Shown here one piece after another: positions 48,083 to 57,700 of a stretch of 64,000 bases of DNA. Within the stretch, counting starts at the first letter, position 1; every line of letters begins with the position of its first letter. The notes beneath the pieces are model-generated. The model made no database searches, was not told the origin of the DNA, and was given only the letters and a program-made list of their open reading frames with translations. Source of the DNA: Macrostomum lignano (taxonomy: Eukaryota); the NCBI GenBank assembly GCA_002269645.1, contig NIVC01000890.1, forward strand, positions 248,001 through 312,000. The letters are read 5' to 3'. A program made the translations under genes and the position numbers.

Positions 48083-48790
48083 TCAACTGAGAATCGCCCT
48101 CTACATCAACTGAGAATCGCCCTCTACATCAACTGAGAATCGCCCTCTACATCAACTGAGAATCGCCCTCTACATCAACTGAGAATCGCCCTCTACATCA
48201 ACTGAGAATCGCCCTCTACATCAACTGAGAATCGCCCTCTACATCAACTGAGAATCGCCCTCTACATCAACTGAGAATCGCCCTCTAGATCAATTGAGAA
48301 TCGCCCTCTAGATCCACTGAGAATCGCCCTCTAGATCCACTGAGAATCGCCCTCTAGATCCACTGAGAATCGCCCTCTAGATCAACTGAGAATCGCCCTC
48401 TAGATCCACTGAGAATCGCCCTCTAGATCCACTGAGAATCGCCCTCTAGATCAACTGAGAATCGCCCTTTAGATCTATTAAGAATCGCTCTCTAGATTCA
48501 ACTGAGAATCGCCCTCTAGATCCACTGAGAATCGCCCTCTAGATCCACTGAGAATCGCCCTCTAGATCAACTGAGAATCGCCCTCTAGATCCACTGAGAA
48601 TCGCCCTCTAGATCCACTGAGAATCGCCCTCTAGATCCACTGAGAATCGCCCTCTAGATCAACTAAGAATCGCTCTCTAGATTCAACTGAGAATCGCCCT
48701 CTAGATCCACTGAGAATCGCCCTCTAGATCCACTGAGAATCGCCCTCTAGATCAACTGAGAATCGCCCTCTAGATCTATTAAGAATCCAC
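48083..48790. repeat. 23-bp minisatellite (ACTGAGAATCGCCCTCTA(C/G)ATC(A/C))n, ~30 copies
   Basis: Intergenic between MSTO1 and the TTLL7-like gene. Confidence 0.95.
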
Positions 48791-49571
48791 CCTCCAGATC
48801 CATTTATGGATCTCTATCGCCCTCAAAAATGAGGTAATTGTCCAAGAGCTGAAGCGATATTTGTTACTAATTAAAATCATTTTTGTTAGCAAATTCATTC
48901 ATACATATCTTGTTGAGCATGTGTCATTAAACTGAATTTGCATTTTCATTTTGCTTTTTTATTTATCTATCTACGAGTATTTTCTGCGAGTAATAAACTA
49001 TCCGGATAAACCTGGCATATTCAGTTAAATTGCCCGTAAAAAGAAAATTTTGTTGAAACTGTTTATTCAACTTTCTTTCGTGTAAGAAGATACATTGCAG
49101 AACAATGAACACTAGATAGACACATGTGGCTCACACAGAGCTCTAGCTGGTGGCAGGCATGAGCACCGCATGATTGGGGGAGAGGGGAGAGAGGAAGGCA
49201 GGCTCAATGCCTGACCTTGCACTCAGCTCTACCTGCCTGTGTACGTTGCCAGGCATGCATGTTGAGTAGGAGAGAGCTGAGGCCCGATTGAGCTGGGCTG
49301 AGTTGGGCTGGGAACTCAGTCGCCTATTGTACAGAGTCGGATCTATTGATAAAGCCACACAGCCTATCCAACCCCCGCATTGGTTGCCAAGGCAACCAGA
49401 AAGAATCGCGACTGGAAAGGAAAGTACAGTAATAAGAGTTGAATTGAAGCCAAATTTTTTACCGAGGACATCGTCGCATAAGTGATTATTTGCTGTAATC
49501 TGTTTCTGAAACAAAATAGAATAGTTGAGTAAGACTCGTAGAAATCATTTAATTTATACTGTAGCGCAGAG

Positions 49572-52500
49572 ATGAATTTCCTCAGTCAAATGGTGGGAAA
49601 ATCTCAGCGAGGTTCTGCCGGTGCTGCTGTACCTCCTCGCTACGACGACATTCCAGTTGGCGGTCGAAAGGCAACAGCCTCGCCCAGGTATAAAACGCTT
49701 GACGAAATGCCCGTGGGTCGTTCTGGTGGCTCCACGGAGCGCTTCAACCCACACGATGATGTGCCAGTTGGTCGTTCTGGTAGTTCATCAGGTCGAAAAA
49801 ATCTTCACGACGATGTGCCAGTTGGTCGTTCTGGCGTCTCCACGGGGCGCTTCAATCCACACGACGATGTACCAGTTGGTCGGTCTGGTGGCTCTTCAGG
49901 ACGCTTCAACCCACACGACGATGTGCCAGTTGGTCATTCTGGTAGTTCATCAGGTCGAAAAAATATTCACGACGATGTCCCAGTTGGTCGTTCTGGGGGC
50001 TCCACGGGACGCTTCAACCCCCACGACGATATGCCCGTGGGTCGGTCTGTTGGCTCTTCAGGACGCTTCAACGCACACGACGATGTGCCAGTTGGTCAGT
50101 CTGGTGGCTCTTCAGGACGCTTCAACGCACACGACGATGTGCCAGTTGGTCGATCTGGTAGTTCTTCAGGTCGAAAGAATCTTCACGACGATATCCCTGT
50201 AGGTCGCTCAACCAAAAGCAAATACGATGACACTCCCGTCGGTCGTTCAGGTTTATCCAAGGATAGAGCCAACAACGGCCATATTGAACTCCCAGTAAGT
50301 CGGTCGCCACGTTCGTCAGTCAGTAGCAAGAATAACTTCGATGAAATACCTGTTGGCGGCAAAAAGTCTGCGGTTGTATCTTCTAAAGCTGACAGTCCAC
50401 GGGATACTCGCAGAAACAATCGGTCACAGCACGATGACATTCCTGTGGGTCGCAAGGATAGCAGTCATCCCAACGATCGACGGGATTTTGACCGAAATCG
50501 AGCGGACTTTTTGTCAAAGTACGACGACATCCCCGTAGGCGGTAGAAAAAGAGATATTGACGATATCGACAGAGGAAAGCTAGATGACAGAGCGCGATCG
50601 CCAAGGCAGGCTACTTTGGACAAAAAGTCCGCCCAGAGCTCCAGAGACTTCACAAAGTCTTCGTTCGACGAGGTGCCAGTCGGAAGGAGCAACGCTAGCA
50701 GCAGAGCTGGTGATTCGCCGCTTCGTCGCAAGGCAGACTTCAAAGGTGACCGACCGATCGGCTCGTCGAAGTCGAGGTCTGGTGATTTGGACGACTTCTC
50801 GATGCGTCGAAACCGACTTGACGATAAAGATCCGTACCGGAGGCGCTCGGACCTGCGCAGCGGGGGTCTGGATGAAGACCGCTACGATCGGGGTTATAAT
50901 AGAACTCGTTCGGATCGACTAGAAGACGAGCTGCCAACCAGGCGACGTCGCGAACTGGACGACGGCAGTCAGCAGCAGGATCCTAAGAGACGTATCGTAC
51001 GTCTGCGGCAAGCGCTGCCCGCGAACCTTAGCGGCACCCGGTACGAGTCTGTGCACCACGCCGCGCAGAAGATCGGCTTTCTGCCAACTGCTGACGATGA
51101 TTTCCGGACGCCTTTCCTGATCTGGATCGACTCGTTCATCTCGACGGAGCGTCTGAGCGACCTGCGACCCTACCAGCGAGTGAACCACTTTCCTGGGATG
51201 GCTGAGATCACTCGCAAGGACCTGCTGGCGAAGAACTTCACAAAAGCGTCCAGCACGCTACCTCAAGAGTACAACTTTGCGCCTCGGACTTGGGTTTTGC
51301 CGGCCGACCTGTCCTCTTTCCAGCAGCGCTGCAAGGAGATGCAGAAGGCAGACAAGCGGCGATCTTTTATCTCCAAACCGATTGACGGAGCTATGGGGCA
51401 CGGGATCGCCGTTTACAAGACTGCTGATGACGTTCCGCAGACGGCGGAGACACCCTGCGTCCTGCAGGAGTACGTGTCCAACCCGTTCCTCATAGACGGT
51501 CGGAAGTTCGATCTCCGCTTATTTGTGTTAATCACGTCGTGCGATCCTCTTCGAGTGTATTTCTACAACGAAGGACTAATCAGAATGAGCAGCGAGCCCT
51601 ACGTGGAACCGTTGAAGATTAAGTCCGACAGCCTGCTGATGCACGTCACCAGCCCGCTGTTGCAGCAGCAGGCGGCTGCCGCGGCCGCTGAGGCAGATCG
51701 AGAGCGTCGCCAAACCCGCCGAGGTGGCTCTGGGCGACTCCCAGCGGACGGCATTCGGTCCGTGCGCTTCCTGAACGAGTACCTGGCCAAGCGGAACTAC
51801 GATGTAGCTAAGATGTGGCACAGCATCATCGATCTGGTGCTGAAGACTGTGTTTTTGGCTGAGCCGCATCTGCTCATGTCCTACAGGCAGTGCCGACCTG
51901 CCGACCAGCCAGGCAGCCGCTCCGTCTGCTTTGAGCTGCTCGGTTTTGACATCCTGCTGGACCAGAACCTGCGACCTTGGCTCATGGAGGTCAACAGGTC
52001 GCCAAACCTTGACGTCGATCATCCGGTCGAGCGCGAGGTGAAGCTCGGTATGCTTGACGAGACGCTCATGCTGCTCAACTGCCGTCCGTCCGATCGTAAG
52101 AGCGCCAAGTCTTCTAAGAGCGCCGCCAACGTTGCGGCGGACCTGACGCGGCTGCAGAGCCGGCTGCGTCTGCAGGCAGTCAGCAAGGAGGTCGAATCGC
52201 GCGTCTGCCAGGGCTTCCGTCGGATCTTCCCGGTCGACGACGCCGAACGGCAGGCCAAGCTAGCGGCGAGTCTGCTGTCGGTGTTCCCCGTCGTGATGGA
52301 CGCCGGAGCCGGCCGGCTACTGAAGGACCTGGAGGCTTTCTACGCCAACAAGCTCAGTCTGGAGGATGTCGACAAGCAGCTGGCCGCAGCGGCTGGCACC
52401 GGCGCCCGCGCGAGCGACTCCAGCGGCGACTCGGACGAAGACCTGAACCGTCGTAAGATGGAACTCAAAAACAAAAACCCGAAGGAGTCGGTGGCTGCAA

Positions 52501-53090
52501 ATTCGGCAACGACAACTGACGACGAGGCCCGCGCCCATCTGGCGTTGAAATGCCTCAACGGACTGCGCATTCGGTTTCCTGGAAAGTCAGACAGCGAAGC
52601 GGACCGCCTGCTGAGCGGCCTGCTGACCAACTGGCAGGCGAACAAGCCGCAGGTCGGTGCCTACTGGCGCCTGAGCCTGGACTCGGAGAAGCGGGCCAAG
52701 GTGCTGGACATTGCCAAGCGGTGCGTCAGAGTGGCGCTGGAGAAAGCTTTTCGAAGCGGTGGAGGCGGCAGCGGGGGTGGTGCAGTCGAGGCCAGCCGAC
52801 TGTACCGCCTGTTGGACAGGCTGTTCAACCGGTTGCTGTGGCGCAATGGCCAAGGCCTGTGGGAGACCTTCGGCAGCCGGACAGCGGGTTGGGTGTCCGT
52901 GACCGTCCAGCAGCAGCCTTCGGACACTGAGCTGCAGTGCTGCCAGCGCACGGTGCAACTGTGCCAGGACTGCCTGCTCATCGTCTACCTGTATTCGGAG
53001 GCTGCCAGGCCTCAGCGAGACGCTCTGAAGCGCCTCAACGCCAGTCCCGTGCTGACGAATGGCGCCGCTGATGCCACTCCGGTTGCCTAG
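49572..53090 (+). CDS. TTLL7: TTLL7-like tubulin polyglutamylase-family protein, intronless, 1172 aa, with N-terminal DDxPVG repeats
   Basis: QRVNHFPGM.EI.RKD, KP..GAMGHGI, QEY..NPFLI.G.KFDLR and SVCFE.LGFDILLD..L.PWL.E.NR.P, plus the TTLL7-type C-terminus RIRFPGKSD.E...NW..YW...LDS.K..KVLDI...RLFNRLLW..GQGLW...LQCCQR.V.LC..CL. Confidence 0.92.
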   Translation: MNFLSQMVGKSQRGSAGAAVPPRYDDIPVGGRKATASPRYKTLDEMPVGRSGGSTERFNPHDDVPVGRSGSSSGRKNLHDDVPVGRSGVSTGRFNPHDDVPVGRSGGSSGRFNPHDDVPVGHSGSSSGRKNIHDDVPVGRSGGSTGRFNPHDDMPVGRSVGSSGRFNAHDDVPVGQSGGSSGRFNAHDDVPVGRSGSSSGRKNLHDDIPVGRSTKSKYDDTPVGRSGLSKDRANNGHIELPVSRSPRSSVSSKNNFDEIPVGGKKSAVVSSKADSPRDTRRNNRSQHDDIPVGRKDSSHPNDRRDFDRNRADFLSKYDDIPVGGRKRDIDDIDRGKLDDRARSPRQATLDKKSAQSSRDFTKSSFDEVPVGRSNASSRAGDSPLRRKADFKGDRPIGSSKSRSGDLDDFSMRRNRLDDKDPYRRRSDLRSGGLDEDRYDRGYNRTRSDRLEDELPTRRRRELDDGSQQQDPKRRIVRLRQALPANLSGTRYESVHHAAQKIGFLPTADDDFRTPFLIWIDSFISTERLSDLRPYQRVNHFPGMAEITRKDLLAKNFTKASSTLPQEYNFAPRTWVLPADLSSFQQRCKEMQKADKRRSFISKPIDGAMGHGIAVYKTADDVPQTAETPCVLQEYVSNPFLIDGRKFDLRLFVLITSCDPLRVYFYNEGLIRMSSEPYVEPLKIKSDSLLMHVTSPLLQQQAAAAAAEADRERRQTRRGGSGRLPADGIRSVRFLNEYLAKRNYDVAKMWHSIIDLVLKTVFLAEPHLLMSYRQCRPADQPGSRSVCFELLGFDILLDQNLRPWLMEVNRSPNLDVDHPVEREVKLGMLDETLMLLNCRPSDRKSAKSSKSAANVAADLTRLQSRLRLQAVSKEVESRVCQGFRRIFPVDDAERQAKLAASLLSVFPVVMDAGAGRLLKDLEAFYANKLSLEDVDKQLAAAAGTGARASDSSGDSDEDLNRRKMELKNKNPKESVAANSATTTDDEARAHLALKCLNGLRIRFPGKSDSEADRLLSGLLTNWQANKPQVGAYWRLSLDSEKRAKVLDIAKRCVRVALEKAFRSGGGGSGGGAVEASRLYRLLDRLFNRLLWRNGQGLWETFGSRTAGWVSVTVQQQPSDTELQCCQRTVQLCQDCLLIVYLYSEAARPQRDALKRLNASPVLTNGAADATPVA

Positions 53091-53164
53091 CAACAGGTTG
53101 GCGACTTAAGCACGAGCAGACAGCGCTTGAGTACTCGTATAAATTAAGTAGGCCGTAGGTTGTG

Positions 53165-53742
53165 ACCACCTCTGATTCTTCAGCTGTCGTCTGACACCCT
53201 ACCTCTGATTCTTCAGCTGTCATCTGACACCCTACCTCTGATTCTTCAGCTGTCGTCTGACACCCCACCTCTGACTCTTCAGCTGTCGTCTGACACCCCA
53301 CCTCTGATTCTTCAGCTGTAGTCTGACACCCCACCTCTGACTCTTCAGCTGTCGTCTGACACCCCACCTCTGATTCTTCAGCTGTAGTCTGACACCCCAC
53401 CTCTGACTCTTCAGCTGTCGTCTGACACCCCACCTCTGATTCTTCAGCTGTAGTCTGACGTCCCACCTCTGACTCTTCAGCTGTCGTCTGACACCCCACC
53501 TCTGATTCTTCACCTGTAGTCTGACACCCCACCTCTGACTCTTCAGCTGTCGTCTGACACCCCACCTCTGATTCTTCAGCTGTAGTCTGACGTCCCACCT
53601 CTGACTCTTCAGCTGTCGTCTTACACCCCACCTCTGACTCTTCACCTGTCGTCTGACACCCCATCTCTGATTCTTCAGCTGTCGTCTGACACCCCACCTC
53701 TGACTCTTCAGCTGTCTTGTCTGACACCCCACCTCTGATTCT
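53165..53742. repeat. 33-bp minisatellite ((C/T)TCTTCAGCTGT(C/A)GTCTGACACCCCACCTCTGA)n, ~17 copies
   Basis: Starts ~75 bp after the TTLL7-like stop. Confidence 0.95.
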
Positions 53743-54389
53743 TTAAAAAAATACTGACATATCAGATTATTTTTGTTGTAACTTTTGTTATTTTATCACT
53801 TGATGTGCGCGACGTACTACTCACTAGTCAGATATATAGATATCTTGTTAAAATTTTCGGTCTCTTCGAATTTATAATTTATACTCTGTTTTGTATGTCT
53901 TCTGTGTATGTTCTATACATTTACCTGCATTAATGTTTTGTTATTCTAAAGTTGTACACTGCATGTAAATTTACACTGCAACATATATATATCATAATAT
54001 TTTGCAACTACTAACTTTGGTTTGTGAAATTTTTTATACTTTATTTTGCATCAGACTTCATTTAAAAATCTGGAATGTCATTGCTATACATCACATTGTT
54101 TTTTTCACAACACAATACCTCTAATTTGGATGACGCATAAGAAATATAATTGCAGCGAATACATTTTTGCATACATATTTTAATTTTACTAAGTATCACA
54201 GTATATAACACAACGGAACAAAATTTCAAACCGGTTAGAAACTACAATTAGCCACATATATTTACAATCGCAAGTTAAAAAAGAATGTAAGTTCGAGCAT
54301 ATATGAAGTTAGATGGCTAGAATGCCTTATAGGGCATAAAATAGGAATTCTTCTTGCTAAGAGTACATTTAGGGATTGGATTGCTTACC

Positions 54390-54620
54390 CCTTGCGATAG
54401 AGTGGGAGTGTTGCAGGGGTTGAATTCCTTTCCCTCGCGACAGAGTACATTGGGGGGTAGGGCTGGGTTCTTTCCCTCGCTACAGAGTACATTGGGGGGT
54501 AGGGCTGAATTCCTTACCCTCACGACAGAGTACATTGAAGGGAGGTTGGGTTGAATTCCTTACCCTTGCAACAGAGTAAATTGTGGGGTTGGGTTATATT
54601 CCTTCACTTCACACGGATTA
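54390..54620. repeat. Degenerate ~43-bp tandem repeat (CAGAGTACATTGGGGGGTAGGGCTG..TTC.TT.CC)
   Basis: ~5 copies between convergent genes. Confidence 0.75.
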
Positions 54621-54765
54621 CATTTGGGGTTGTGAACTGCCAGGCAGGTTAAAACATTAAGGAAGAAATTTAAAGGTGAAATGCAATAAAGTCCAATCAG
54701 GTTATTTGTAAATTTACAGTCTATAAACTTTCTATAAACAAACAAAGATCTGCAGAACGTCAGAG

Positions 54766-57700
54766 TCATAGCTCAGTCTGCTTGAAGCCCTTCCTCCCAA
54801 CTGGCAGGCTGCAATCCTCGAACACGGTTGACGCGGTGAACGAAGCGTCGTCAGTGGCCGAGCTGCAGAAGTCCAGTCGGGGCGAGGACACTCGCAGCAG
54901 GCGCGGCAGCGACCGGCTACTCGAGGCGCCGTGCTGGGCAGCCGACATCAAACGACGTCGCTTCTGAGCAGCTTCTTCGGTAGATGAGGCGGCTGCGAGC
55001 TCAGTTTCTGCCGGTTCTTCATCGAGTCTGTCGAAGTTCAGGCGAAGATTGAGCTGCTGGTGCTGGTGCTGCGGTCGGTGGCAGGACTTGTAAACCCGGA
55101 TGCTGGACAGGGCTCGGATGAGGCGTCGGTCTCGATTGAAGAATCTGCTCACTGGAGTTCTCTGTTCGCGCTGGAATTTGCGAGTTGTAAAGAATTTATC
55201 TGTGCATTTGTATTTCTGCGTATTTTGCTATTTTGCCTACTTATAGTAGCTTAGCGTATAATTGAGTAAATTTCTTGCTTGTCAAAGCGACCCAAAAACC
55301 AGACTGGCACATCGAAACTCACCGAAACAGACGCACTTCGAGCGGGTGACGCGAATTGGAATGGCGATCTGTCTCGGCAGTTTTGCTGAAATTCAAATTC
55401 GAAGAGAATGGCAATTATAGTCTCGCTGACGTAGGTATGGTGGCACATCAAAGGAATGGTAAGCTACTGAATGACGGCGGCACATCAAAGGACTGAGATT
55501 CTACTGAATGACTGCGGCACATCAAAGGATTGATAAGCTACTGAATGACTGCGGTACATCAAAGGATTGGCAATCTACTGATTGACTGCGGCACATCAAA
55601 GGATTGATAAGCTACTGAATGACTGCGGCACATCAAAGGATTGATAAGCTACTGAATGACTGCGGTACATCAAAGGATTGGCAATCTACTGAATGACTGC
55701 GGCACATCATAGGATTGATAAGGTACTGAATGACTGCGGTATATCAAAGGATTGGCAATCTACTGAATGACTGCGGCACATCAAAGGATTGACAATCTAC
55801 TGAATGACTGCGGCACATCAAAGGATTGATAAGGTACTGAATGACTGCGGTACATCAAAGGATTGGCAATCTACTGAATGACTGCGGCACATCAAAGGAT
55901 TGGCAATCTACTGAATGACTGCGGCACATCAAAGGATTGGCAATCTACTGAATGACTGCGGCACATCAAAGGATTGATAAGGTACTGAATGACTGCGGTA
56001 CATCAAAGGATTGGCAATCTACTGAATGACTGCGGCACATCAAAGGATTGACAATCTACTGAATGACTGCGGCACATCAAATGATTGACAATCTACTGAA
56101 TGACTGCGGCACATCAAAGGATTGATAAGGTACTGAATGACTGCGGTACATCAAAGGATTGGCAATCTACTGAATGACTGCGGCACATCAAAGGATTGGC
56201 AATCTACTGAATGACTGCGGCACATCAAAGGATTGGCAATCTACTGAATGACTGCGGCACATCAAAGGATTGACAATCTACTGAATGACTGCGGCACATC
56301 AAAGGATTGACAATCTACTGAATGACTGCGGCACATCAAATGATTGACAATCTACTGAATGACTGCGGCACATCAAAGGATTGACAATCTACTGAATGAC
56401 TGCGGCACATCAAAGGATTGATAAGGTACTGAATGACTGCGGTACATCAAAGGATTGGCAATCTACTGAATGACTGCGGCACATCAAAGGATTGGCAATC
56501 TACTGAATGACTGCGGCACATCAAAGGATTGGAATCTACTGAATGACTGCGGCACATCAAAGGATTGACAATCTACTGAATGACTGCGGCACATCAAAGG
56601 ATTGACAATCTACTGAATGACTGCGGCACATCAAAGGATTGATAAGCTACTGAATGACTGCGGTACATCAAAGGATTGACAATCTACTGAATGACTGCGG
56701 CACATCAAAGGATTGGCAATCTACTGAATGACTGCGGCACATCAAAGGATTGACAATCTACTGAATGACTGCGGCACATCAAAGGATTGACAATCTACTG
56801 AATGACTGCGGCACATCAAAGGATTGACAATCTACTGAATGACTGCGGCACATCAAAGGATTGACAATCTACTGAATGACTGCGGCACATCAAAGGATTG
56901 ATAAGCTACTGATTGACTGCGGCACATCAAAGGATTGACAATCTACTGAATGACTGCGGCACATCAAAGGATTGGCAATCTACTGAATGACTGCGGCACA
57001 TCAATGGATTGACAATCTACTGAATGACTGCGGCACATCAAAGGATTGATAAGGTACTGAATGACTGCGGCACATCAATGGATTGACAATCTACTGAATG
57101 ACTGCGGCACATCAAAGGATTGGCAATCTACTGAATGACTGCGGCACATCAATGGATTGACAATCTACTGAATGACTGCGGCACATCAAAGGATTGGCAA
57201 TCTACTGAATGACTGCGGCACATCAATGGATTGACAATCTACTGAATGACTGCGGCACATCAAAGGATTGATATGCTACTGAATGGCAGCACATCAAAGG
57301 TTTGATTAGTTACATAACAGTCAAGCTACTCACCCTAAACGAAGCGAACTGCTTGCCCCCAGCCATCGCACACCGTGCCTGCTGGCTCGTCGTTGAAGCC
57401 GTCGACGCTGCCGCCATCAGCACGACGCCACCGCAGCTGCCGGCACCGGCGACGCCTCCCAGCAGGCGCTTCTCGAAGCGTCGCTTCTCTTTGGACTCCG
57501 GCAGGGAGCTGACGTGGGCGCAGAGAGCGGCCAGCTGCTGCCTGCTGTAGGCCATCGTCGACTGCCGGCTGGCGTGTCGGTGCTCCGAGAATTGCGCAGA
57601 GGCGTCCACGGCGCAGTCGTCGCTACGACGGAAACGTCGTCGAGTTGATGACGACGCTCGAGGCGAGTGCATCGACGAGGGTGTTGACACCGGTGGCGGA

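Noticed and set aside
48083-48790. Common ancestral core CAACTGAG(A/G)ATC shared by the 23-bp and 28-bp satellites
   Set aside because: A 12-nt match among many arrays is too weak to claim without a statistical test.
9880-53093. Opposite-strand and alternative-frame ORFs over RPL13, gag/pol, MSTO1 and the TTLL7-like gene
   Set aside because: Shadow ORFs expected from GC-rich codon usage; no independent motifs or splice structure.
5730-57300. Regular short-repeat arrays as CRISPR loci
   Set aside because: Units are contiguous with no unique spacers, there are no cas genes, and the context is eukaryotic introns.
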